Source of the DNA: Candidatus Woesearchaeota archaeon
GTDB taxonomy: Archaea > Nanobdellota > Nanobdellia > SCGC-AAA011-G17 > GW2011-AR17
Length of the DNA: 51,692 bases
Direction of reading: 5' to 3'
Assembly (NCBI GenBank): GCA_017608525.1
Contig: JAFCFS010000004.1
Span: 1-51,692, forward strand
Shown here: piece after piece, positions 9,849 through 22,071 of the stretch
Position numbering within the stretch: the stretch's first letter is position 1
Layout of the letters: each line of letters opens with the position of its first letter
Notes under the pieces: model-generated
Told to the model about the DNA's origin: nothing
What the model saw: only the letters and a program-made list of their open reading frames with translations
Database searches by the model: none
Position numbers and translations under genes: made by a program

Positions 9849-12025
9849 TCTCCAAATCCGAAAAGTTTTTTGAGCCACATTAAAATCTTTTTCAGTAAGC
9901 CATAGGTGCTAATACACTTTCCATCGCCGCATTCATTGCTTAAACATTCCCAATTGTTCTGACATTCACTACCTTCTTCTTTTTGAGGTTTAAAGCTGCC
10001 GTCAATATCACAGTACATTGGGGTTTCTTTTATTTTCTCTTCCGTGGCAACTTCTTTACAAACTTTCTCTCCAGTTTCCGTAATATAACATTCTATTTTC
10101 GCAGCTGGTTTCATTTTTATCCTTGTTCCATAAGGCAGGCACTGACCATCACGCCTACATCCTTGGCAGAATATTTTTCCAATTTCGTATTCTTTTGGAG
10201 TTTCTATCCCTGTTGCCCTTTCAATTATTTCTCTTTTTTCAGCAAAATATGGAGCACACTCTTTTAATGCTTCTTTTTTAACTTCTGGGTAATCATTCAA
10301 CAACCTCACAGTACAACTTACTGCTGTTCCTAGGCTTTTGCTCCATTCTTCACATATAAGCTCTCCTTTCCTTCCAAGCTCTTTGATTTCTTCTTCGCTA
10401 AGCCTCCTTTTTATGACTTTACCGATACAATCTAAAAATTCCTTTGCTTTTCTTTGAGGCTCTGGGATTTTTATTTCCGTCTTTTCTACTCTCTTTCTTT
10501 CTACTTCTCTAAGACGTCCTCTTACATAGATGCAGTTTTTAATTTCTGCACTGCGTTCTGGATAATTTTCTGCCAAGCAAGAAAGTATATATTTCACTGA
10601 ACTTGCATATTCACCTTTTGCTTGTTCTTTTTTAAACTCTTCTGGCATTTTTCTATTACACTCTTCCAAAATATCCTCTGCTCTGCGAAGTTCACTTTCT
10701 CCATAATATTTTTCAATTATTGGTGCTACACAATCTTCAATTATGTAATCTGCATCTGCTTCTGTTATTACAGCTGCAACTGTTCTTCTAACAGGGCAAG
10801 GGATTCCACATTTTATGTTGTAAATTCTTTCATCAATAACTTCTTCTTCTTTAAGTTCTTCTATGCATTTCTCAAAGGTTTCTTTTGGTACACAATTAGC
10901 TTCTCTACATTTTTGATAGATTTCATAACATCCTTCTTCTTCAAAAGCTTCTCTTATTTTGGCATGTTCTTTAGGAGTTAATGTTTCCGCAATTGTCCAT
11001 GTTCCTATTGAATAGTCTAACACAGTATACCCTAACCTTTTCAACACTGCAACTTCACATTTTATCCTTTCAAGCTCACATCTTTCCCACGCACTTGTTG
11101 GTCTTTTAATTGGTTTTAAAGGTGGTATTTCTTCAACTTTTTCAATTGGTCTAACTGTTTCCACTCCTAAAACTTTAAAATAAAATTCTTTGTTGCTTGC
11201 TATAACTTCCCTTGTTGCAGATTCCACAACGTTAACTAGTATTCTTACAGGTGAAATTTCTGGAGCTGTAGTTTCAGCTTCCCAATAGCCTGTTTCTTCA
11301 TTGAATTTAACAGTAAAAACAATTGGTATTCTGTTTCCAGAAAAATCCCATGCACCGAATTCTACAGAATAGCCTTCTTCTGGTGTTGCTGCTATTGTAG
11401 GTCCTTTGTGATCAACTACTTTTGCATAAACTTTAACTTTTTCTCCAGGTTCGTAATACGGTTTATCTGTCCACACATCTGCAATGTACACTTCTTTTGT
11501 TATTCCACATGGTACACAACTTCCTCCACAGTCAACTCCTTCTTCATCTCCGTCCAATATTGCATTGTAACAATGTTCTGGGTATGCTGTTTCTTCTTGT
11601 TCTTGCATTTCTTCCTCAACTGGTTGCATGGTATAAGTTTGAAACGTTGTCGTATAATGCCTAGTTGAGTAATATGGATCCCATGTAATTGCGTCTACTA
11701 AAATTCTTACATTTTCTAATTCTGGTGCTTTAGCTCTGCCTACATAATACTTGCCTTCTTCGTCGTACTTCATGTCTGTAAAAGGAATTAGTTCCTTCCA
11801 TTCTCCTTCTACATTAGTAAATGTAAATGCAACACGACTTTTACCAGGAGTTGCTATAAACGGCGTACTATCTGGATTGATAACTTTTGCATAAACAGTT
11901 ACTTCTTCCCCTACTTCATATTTTGGTTTGTCAGTCCAAACTTTTGTAATTGTTATATTCTCTGCCGACACTAATGTAGTTGCTAGAAAAATCATAATAA
12001 AAATTCCTAAAAGCAATTTTTTCAC
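9845..12025 (-). CDS. Secreted Cys-rich protein with a duplicated N-terminal beta-sandwich-like domain
   Basis: The signal peptide is MKKLLLGIFIMIFLATTLVSA. Two homologous blocks are VWTDKPKYEVGEEVTVYAKV...PELENVRILV and VWTDKPYYEPGEKVKVYAKV...PEISPVRILV. They are separated by DGDEEGVDCGGSCVPC. The C-terminal half has many Cys residues. Confidence 0.65.
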   Translation of the reverse strand: MKKLLLGIFIMIFLATTLVSAENITITKVWTDKPKYEVGEEVTVYAKVINPDSTPFIATPGKSRVAFTFTNVEGEWKELIPFTDMKYDEEGKYYVGRAKAPELENVRILVDAITWDPYYSTRHYTTTFQTYTMQPVEEEMQEQEETAYPEHCYNAILDGDEEGVDCGGSCVPCGITKEVYIADVWTDKPYYEPGEKVKVYAKVVDHKGPTIAATPEEGYSVEFGAWDFSGNRIPIVFTVKFNEETGYWEAETTAPEISPVRILVNVVESATREVIASNKEFYFKVLGVETVRPIEKVEEIPPLKPIKRPTSAWERCELERIKCEVAVLKRLGYTVLDYSIGTWTIAETLTPKEHAKIREAFEEEGCYEIYQKCREANCVPKETFEKCIEELKEEEVIDERIYNIKCGIPCPVRRTVAAVITEADADYIIEDCVAPIIEKYYGESELRRAEDILEECNRKMPEEFKKEQAKGEYASSVKYILSCLAENYPERSAEIKNCIYVRGRLREVERKRVEKTEIKIPEPQRKAKEFLDCIGKVIKRRLSEEEIKELGRKGELICEEWSKSLGTAVSCTVRLLNDYPEVKKEALKECAPYFAEKREIIERATGIETPKEYEIGKIFCQGCRRDGQCLPYGTRIKMKPAAKIECYITETGEKVCKEVATEEKIKETPMYCDIDGSFKPQKEEGSECQNNWECLSNECGDGKCISTYGLLKKILMWLKKLFGFGE

Positions 12026-12159
12026 GTTTTCACCTCCTTTTCCTATATTTCTTATATTTCCAAAGTAGATTAGATACTATAAATATTTTTTCTGGACCAA
12101 AATGGACCCAAAACATTAAACCAAATTTTTATAAACAAAAACTAGATTAATCTTTTAGT

Positions 12160-13392
12160 ATGAAATTCGCGCACTTAGCAGATTGCCATATAGGTGGTTG
12201 GCCAGACCCAAAGCTTAAAGAATTAAGTATAAAGGCTTTCGAAAAAGCTATTGATATATGTATAAAAGAAAAGACAGCATTTATTTTGATCTCAGGCGAT
12301 TTATTTAATACAGCAATCCCCTCAATAGATTTAATTAGAGAAACAGCTAAAATTCTAAATAGGGCAAGAGAAAAAGATATAACAATTTACATCATACCTG
12401 GGAGCCACGATTTTTCACCTTCAGGAAAAACTATGCTGGATGTTTTTGAAAAAGCTGGTTTATGTATTAATGCATTCAAATTGGAAAACGACAAATTAAA
12501 ATTGATAGAGGACAAAACAGGAGTTAAAATAACAGGCATTTATGGGAGGAGAGGAGGTTTAGAAGTTAAAGATTATGAAAGAATCGATATGAGTGAGGTA
12601 GAAAAAGAAAGCGGCTTTAAAATCTTTATGCTTCATTCAGCTGTAGGAATTGATAAAGAAACAATGGAGAATGAATTTGCTGAGCGAGAAAAAAGAATAG
12701 CCGAACTTCTTCCAAAAAATTTTAATTACTATGCAGCAGGCCATTTGCACAAGGTCATTAAAAAAGAATTTGGAAACGGACTTCTTGTGTATCCAGGACC
12801 ATTGTTTCCTAATAATTTTAAAGAGCTGGAAGAGATTAAAAATGGGGGCTTTTTTTTGCTTAATTTTAAAGATAACAAGCTATATCCTGAATATATTCCT
12901 ATTAAAATTAAAGATGTGGTAAGCTTTAAGATAGATGCTAATTCAAAAACACCAAGGGATGTAGAGGAGGAATTATTAAAAATGTTTGAAGAGGCCGATT
13001 TAAAAGACAAGATAGTTACCATTAGGATAGAAGGCGAGCTTATAAGTGGAAAGCCGTCCGATATAAATTTTAGGGATATATTTAGTAAATTCAAGGATGC
13101 ATATTTTATAATGAAAAATACAGCAAAGCTAACAACAAAAGAATTGTCAAAAATAAAAAAGAAAGAATACTCGACTGCAAAAGATATTGAGGATTCTCTA
13201 ATAAAAGATTATATAAAAAAGGCTGAGGGGTTTGAAAGTTATAAGAAAATTGAACTCATAAGGGCATTGATGCAGGGCTTTAATATGGAAAAAGCCGAAG
13301 GAGAATTGAAGAAGGATTTTGAAAGAAGGATATATGAAACAATTGAAAAAATCGTACCTGAAATTTTAAAAAATGATACTGAAGAGCATTGA
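12160..13392 (+). CDS. mre11: Mre11 DNA double-strand-break repair nuclease
   Basis: Calcineurin-like phosphoesterase motifs are present: HLADCHIG, SGDLFN, PGSHD, MLHS and AGHLH. Confidence 0.85.
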   Translation: MKFAHLADCHIGGWPDPKLKELSIKAFEKAIDICIKEKTAFILISGDLFNTAIPSIDLIRETAKILNRAREKDITIYIIPGSHDFSPSGKTMLDVFEKAGLCINAFKLENDKLKLIEDKTGVKITGIYGRRGGLEVKDYERIDMSEVEKESGFKIFMLHSAVGIDKETMENEFAEREKRIAELLPKNFNYYAAGHLHKVIKKEFGNGLLVYPGPLFPNNFKELEEIKNGGFFLLNFKDNKLYPEYIPIKIKDVVSFKIDANSKTPRDVEEELLKMFEEADLKDKIVTIRIEGELISGKPSDINFRDIFSKFKDAYFIMKNTAKLTTKELSKIKKKEYSTAKDIEDSLIKDYIKKAEGFESYKKIELIRALMQGFNMEKAEGELKKDFERRIYETIEKIVPEILKNDTEEH

Positions 13393-15427
13393 ATTGGAAA
13401 ACATAAGAAGTTACCTCAAAGAAAAAATAAATTTCCCAAGAGGCACATTGCTGTTGTCTGGAGATGTTGGTAGTGGTAAATCGACGATACTTTTGGCCAT
13501 TGATTTTGCTTTGTTTGGAATAAGAAAGGGAGATTTGTCAGGAGCCTCACTTTTAAGAAATGATAAGAATAGGGGCTCTGTTGAGTTAAAATTTGTTGTT
13601 GACGGTAAGGAAATTACTGTTAAGAGAACATTGAAAAGAACAAAATCTGGAGTATCCCAAGATCATGGTTATATAATTATTGATGGTTTTAAAAAAGAAT
13701 GTACACCTATAGAACTAAAACAAAAAATCATAGAACTTTTGAATTACCCTAAAGAATCGCTAACACAAAGCAAATATCTCATTTTTAGATATACAGTTTA
13801 TACACCACAAGAGGAAATGAAACAAATACTTCTCGGGTCTAGAGATGTAAGATTAAATACGTTAAGAAAAGTCTTTGGTATAGATAAATACAAAAGAATT
13901 GTGGAAAATTGTGGCTCATTTCTTCAAGCTTTGAAATTGAAAAAAAACGAGCTTGAATTGGAGATTAAAGACTTAGACGAAAAAACAAAGGAGAAAGAGA
14001 GCTATGAGAAAGAGCTTAAAGAATTAGAGATAAAATACAAAGAAATTGTTACAAAACTCAATCTTGAATTAAAAAACCTAGAAAGCCTAGAAAAAAAATT
14101 TGAAGAAGCACAAAAAAAGGTAGAGGAGATAAAAATATTAAGAACGAAATTCGAAAGTAAAGAAAATTTATTGGATTCAAAAAGGAAAGAATTACAAAGG
14201 TGCAGAACAACTAAAGAAAAATTAGAAAATGAAGTAAGTGAATTGCTGAAATTAAAAGTTAAAGATGCTGAAAAAATAAAGAAAAAAATTGAAGAAAAGA
14301 AAAACCTTCTCAAAGATCTAAATGAAAAAAAGGTTAAACTTCATAAAGCAATTGGTGAAGTTAATTCAAAAATAGATTATTCGACAAAACTTATTGGAAA
14401 AATAAAGAAGATGGATGTTTGTCCGACATGCCATCAAAAAGTAAGCGAAGAACATAAAAGAAAGATAGCAGAAGAAGAGGAAAAGAAAATTATGGAGCAG
14501 AGGGAAAAATTAAAACTGATAGAGAAAGAAATGAAAGAAATGGCTGATGAAATTTCAAAAATTGAAGAAGAGCTAGTACATTTAGACATTGAAAAAGTTG
14601 ATGCTGAAAGAATTAAAGCTAAATTGGAAGAATTGGAATTAAAGGAAAAACATATTGAAGACCTTATTAAAGAAGAAAAAAGGATAAAAGAAGAAATTGC
14701 CGAATTAAACAAAGAAAGGATTGCATTGCTTAAAAAACTAGAAACGAAAGAAGAGGCAGAAAATGAATACACAGAAATAAAAAAGAAGGTCGATGCGAAA
14801 AAGGAAGTCGTATTGGATATGAGGAATGAAAAATATAGGTATGAGTACAGTATTAAAGAAATAAAGGAAAAGATTAAAAAGTTACAGATAGAAATCGAGG
14901 AAAAAATAGCGATAAAAAGAAAGGTTAATGAAATTTCCGAGTTTTATCATTGGCTTGAGAAGCATTTTATTAAATTGATGGAAGAGATAGAAAAGAATGT
15001 TATGCTGAAAGTTCATGAAGATTTTAATGCTCTCTTTGAGAAATGGTTTAACATGCTTATAGAAAATGAGAATCTTGAAATATCCCTTGATGAGGAATTT
15101 ACTCCAAAAATAATACAAAATGGGTATGATATTGAGTACAATTTTCTTTCAGGAGGTGAAAAAACAGCAGCTGCTCTCGCCTATAGGTTAGCTTTAAACC
15201 AGGTAATAAACAATTTGATGAGTGGGATAAAAACAAACGATATTTTAATTCTTGATGAACCAACAGACGGGTTTAGCTCTGAGCAATTGGACAGGATGAA
15301 AATGGTTTTGGATGAGCTTAAAATTGCCCAAATAATTCTTGTAAGTCACGAAACAAAAATTGAAAGTTTTGTTGATAACATAATAAGATTTAAAAAAGAG
15401 GAAAATGTCAGTAAGGTTTTTTATTAA
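13373..15427 (+). CDS. rad50: Rad50 ATPase (short form, 684 aa)
   Basis: The Walker A motif is GDVGSGKSTIL. A long K/E-rich coiled coil carries a CPTC zinc hook. The signature motif is LSGGEKTAAALAYRLAL and Walker B is ILILDEPTDG. It overlaps mre11 by 20 nt. Confidence 0.9.
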   Translation: MILKSIELENIRSYLKEKINFPRGTLLLSGDVGSGKSTILLAIDFALFGIRKGDLSGASLLRNDKNRGSVELKFVVDGKEITVKRTLKRTKSGVSQDHGYIIIDGFKKECTPIELKQKIIELLNYPKESLTQSKYLIFRYTVYTPQEEMKQILLGSRDVRLNTLRKVFGIDKYKRIVENCGSFLQALKLKKNELELEIKDLDEKTKEKESYEKELKELEIKYKEIVTKLNLELKNLESLEKKFEEAQKKVEEIKILRTKFESKENLLDSKRKELQRCRTTKEKLENEVSELLKLKVKDAEKIKKKIEEKKNLLKDLNEKKVKLHKAIGEVNSKIDYSTKLIGKIKKMDVCPTCHQKVSEEHKRKIAEEEEKKIMEQREKLKLIEKEMKEMADEISKIEEELVHLDIEKVDAERIKAKLEELELKEKHIEDLIKEEKRIKEEIAELNKERIALLKKLETKEEAENEYTEIKKKVDAKKEVVLDMRNEKYRYEYSIKEIKEKIKKLQIEIEEKIAIKRKVNEISEFYHWLEKHFIKLMEEIEKNVMLKVHEDFNALFEKWFNMLIENENLEISLDEEFTPKIIQNGYDIEYNFLSGGEKTAAALAYRLALNQVINNLMSGIKTNDILILDEPTDGFSSEQLDRMKMVLDELKIAQIILVSHETKIESFVDNIIRFKKEENVSKVFY

Positions 15428-15501
15428 GGGGCTGTGGTCTAACTTGGTTATGACTCGAGCTTCGGGAGCTCGCAATCGGGGTTCAAATCCTCGCAGCCCC
15501 A
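15428..15501 (+). tRNA. tRNA-Pro (anticodon CGG)
   Basis: A hand-folded cloverleaf gives acceptor GGGGCTG/CAGCCCC, anticodon arm CGAGC-TTCGGGA-GCTCG and T arm CGGGG-TTCAAAT-CCTCG, 74 nt in all. No CCA is encoded. It starts at the base after the rad50 stop codon. Confidence 0.85.
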
Positions 15502-15502
15502 T

Positions 15503-15578
15503 GGGACCGTAGTATAGCCTGGACTAGTATTCCACCCTGGGGCGGTGGCGATCGTGGGTTCAAATCCCACCGGTCCCA
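15503..15578 (+). tRNA. tRNA-Pro (anticodon GGG)
   Basis: The fold gives acceptor GGGACCG/CGGTCCC, anticodon arm CCACC-CTGGGGC-GGTGG and T arm GTGGG-TTCAAAT-CCCAC, 76 nt in all. It lies 1 nt after the preceding tRNA. Confidence 0.85.
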
Positions 15579-15621
15579 TCTTTCGAAAGAGTTAAATAGT
15601 TCTAAATTTTCTATTTTGAAT

Positions 15622-17031
15622 ATGAAATTATTTAAATGTATGCTAATTTTGTTACTACTTTTTTTCTGTTTTGCTTCTGCTAGGGGTGCTGAATTTTATA
15701 TTGTTGAAACACCAATAATTGATAATGTTAAACCAGGAGATTTTGCTAAATTTAACCTAACAATTGTCAACAATCAATCTTTCTCAGATACTTTTATAGC
15801 AGAAATTAATCCGTTGTATATTTTTCCTTTTGACGAGAATATAGCTGATATAAGAGCAACTCCAAAAGAAATTTATGTTGGTGCTGGAAAAACTGCAACA
15901 ATAGGTGTTGAGGTTAAATTGGGAAGAAAAGTTGAAACAAAAAAATTTTACTCTACTCATAGACAAGCATTCTCCATAAAGTCAAAAAGAACAGGCGAAG
16001 CAATAAATCATCAGTTTACAATAAGAGCACTTTCTCCTGATGAAATTATAAGTATTAATATCAAGAAAGACCTCGGAAAAGTAAGCCCTGGAGAGAATTT
16101 GATGGTTGAATTTGCCTTGCTAAACAATTTAAATACACATATAAGTAATATAGAATTGCTAATTGATAGCGAATTATTCAAGGAGAAGAAAGTAATACAC
16201 CTTTTCCCATTCCAAGAAAGAAAAGAAAGTTTTTCCTTTCCTATAAAGGATGCGAAGCCTGGAGAATACCAGCTTAGTGTTAGAGCATTTGTTGATGGTG
16301 AATTAAGTGGTAAGGCAACTAGCAAATTTTACGTTACAAGTCAAGCTCGCATAGTGGAGAGTATAGAAATCAAACAAAGTTTTTTCAAAAAGGAATTGGT
16401 ATTGAAAAGAACAAACATAGGAAACCAAATAGCGCAGAGTGAATACAAAATGAACTTTTCTTTTTTTGAAAAAATGTTCACAAAATCTAATGTCGAACCA
16501 AAAGTTAAAGACAACGAATTAACTTATGTTTTTGTAATAAATCCAGGAGAAACATTTATATTGCATGTGAAAACAGACTTTAGGCCAATTTTGTACATTA
16601 TAATGTTGGCTATTATTGCAACGATAACATTTTATTTCATAATAACTCATAAAGTAAGAATAAGTAAAGAGTTAATTAAAATAAGGAAAACAGGAGATAA
16701 AATCGAATTTAAAATTTTATTGTTTATTAAAAATAATACTAGGTCTTCAATCAAAAACATTCAGTTAACAGAATTTGTTCCGAATTACGTTAAAGTTGTT
16801 TCATTTGAAACATTAAAACCAATCCAAACAGAGAAGGGAAAAAATTTAACTAGGATGATTTGGAACATAGGGGAATTGGTTAAAGGGGAAGAGAGGATAA
16901 TTTCTTATAAAGGAGAAATAGAAACTAAGTTTATAGGGAGATTATCACTTCCACAAGCTACTTTAAAATATAAAAATATTAGAAATAAAGTATGTCACAT
17001 AAAATCAAATAGGGTAGTAATCCCTGTTTAA
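15622..17031 (+). CDS. Surface/membrane protein with an N-terminal signal, an S-layer/CARDB-like region, one TM segment and a DUF11-like C-terminal domain
   Basis: The signal is MKLFKCMLILLLLFFCFASA. The TM segment is ILYIIMLAIIATITFYFII. The C-terminal segment LTEFVPNYVKVV...MIWNIGELVKGEERIISYKGEI resembles the conserved-repeat (DUF11) pattern. I prefer ATG 15622 to the TTG at 15616. Confidence 0.5.
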   Translation: MKLFKCMLILLLLFFCFASARGAEFYIVETPIIDNVKPGDFAKFNLTIVNNQSFSDTFIAEINPLYIFPFDENIADIRATPKEIYVGAGKTATIGVEVKLGRKVETKKFYSTHRQAFSIKSKRTGEAINHQFTIRALSPDEIISINIKKDLGKVSPGENLMVEFALLNNLNTHISNIELLIDSELFKEKKVIHLFPFQERKESFSFPIKDAKPGEYQLSVRAFVDGELSGKATSKFYVTSQARIVESIEIKQSFFKKELVLKRTNIGNQIAQSEYKMNFSFFEKMFTKSNVEPKVKDNELTYVFVINPGETFILHVKTDFRPILYIIMLAIIATITFYFIITHKVRISKELIKIRKTGDKIEFKILLFIKNNTRSSIKNIQLTEFVPNYVKVVSFETLKPIQTEKGKNLTRMIWNIGELVKGEERIISYKGEIETKFIGRLSLPQATLKYKNIRNKVCHIKSNRVVIPV

Positions 17032-17053
17032 TTTGTAGAAAAAGAGAGAAAAA

Positions 17054-17061
17054 TTTAAATA
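17054..17061 (+). promoter_or_regulatory. Candidate TATA box (TTTAAATA) with a purine-rich BRE-like stretch upstream; putative rRNA operon promoter
   Basis: AGAGAAAAATTTAAATATT lies about 90 nt upstream of the 16S processing stem and fits the archaeal BRE/TATA consensus. No experimental support is available. Confidence 0.35.
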
Positions 17062-17179
17062 TTGGTTATTAATATACTCTTTAACTGAGCACTCATAGTG
17101 CTCACAATGAGTACTTAAATTAAATTTAAGTATGATTAAAGGCCATAGCCACTACCATATTAGTCTTGCGGTCCCAATA

Positions 17180-18658
<1,479 letters not shown>

Positions 18659-18698
18659 AATTTTTTTATGTAAGTGGCTATGGCTTAATTTTTTTTAT

Positions 18699-18804
18699 GG
18701 GCCCGTAGCTCAGCCTGGTAGAGCATCGCCCTTGCAAGGCGGAGGCCTCGGGTTCAAAAATAAGTTTAGCGTTGCTAAACTTATTGAACGTCCCGACGGG
18801 TCCA
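18699..18804 (+). tRNA. tRNA-Ala (anticodon UGC) with a 32-nt intron in the T-loop
   Basis: The acceptor GGGCCCG/CGGGTCC includes G3:U70. The anticodon arm is TCGCC-CTTGCAA-GGCGG. The T stem TCGGG/CCCGA is separated by 39 nt instead of 7. The total is 106 nt = 74 + 32. Confidence 0.85.
18759..18790 (+). other. Predicted non-canonical tRNA intron (T-loop position) in tRNA-Ala
   Basis: The segment AATAAGTTTAGCGTTGCTAAACTTATTGAACG carries a 10-12 bp hairpin (TAAGTTTAGC/GCTAAACTTA). The flanking GTTCAA/TTGAAC pairing with a 3-nt AAA bulge suggests a relaxed bulge-helix-bulge. I chose boundaries that restore a TTCAAAT loop; they could shift by 1-2 nt. Confidence 0.6.
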
Positions 18805-18914
18805 TTTATGTTAAATTAAAAAACTCAAAGAATAGCTGCGGCTCTCTAAATGAATATTTGAGGGCTAAGGATACTCATGTTTATCATGAGTATCGTGCAT
18901 AGGCCATAGTTGAA

Positions 18915-21858
<2,944 letters not shown>

Positions 21859-21877
21859 TTCAACTATGGCCTATGCA

Positions 21878-21885
21878 TTTTTTTT
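21878..21885 (+). terminator. Oligo-T tract (T8) immediately after the 23S processing stem; candidate archaeal terminator
   Basis: The sequence is GCATTTTTTTTC. Archaeal RNA polymerase terminates at oligo-T. Confidence 0.35.
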
Positions 21886-21894
21886 CAATGCGAG

Positions 21895-22071
21895 GTGATC
21901 AAAGTGACACACTGCAACAGATGTGGAAATGATTTCAATAACATATTTAGAGGAGTTCATTGGTGCCCTTATTGTGGAAAACAATTTGTATTTGATGAAA
22001 ATTTATTAAAGGAGGAAAATGAAAAGAAAGAAAATTCTAATTCTGGGAGCAGCAGGAAGAGACTTTCATAA
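21895..22071 (+). CDS. Possible small zinc-ribbon protein (58 aa, GTG start)
   Basis: My translation is VIKVTHCNRCGNDFNNIFRGVHWCPYCGKQFVFDENLLKEE..., with CxxC-13-CxxC. It is below the ORF-track size cut-off. It has a non-ATG start and overlaps the next gene by 53 nt in another frame, so the call is weak. Confidence 0.25.
   Translation: MIKVTHCNRCGNDFNNIFRGVHWCPYCGKQFVFDENLLKEENEKKENSNSGSSRKRLS

Noticed and set aside
14002-14772. Antisense ORFs of 103-112 aa rich in S/F/L inside rad50
   Set aside because: They are the reverse complement of the K/E-rich coiled-coil codons (AAA/GAA read as TTT/TTC) and are a compositional artefact. The same applies to the other antisense ORFs inside confident genes (1423-1662, 4005-4292, 8203-8496, 10622-10981, 12729-13094, 33589-33873, 34221-34586, 39390-39761, 48965-49363, 50072-50317 and others).
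21886-22018. Expected 5S rRNA downstream of the 23S
   Set aside because: There is no 5S-like sequence (no CCGAAC/GGAAGTTAAGC-type blocks) and the spacer is AT-rich. The 5S gene must be encoded elsewhere.
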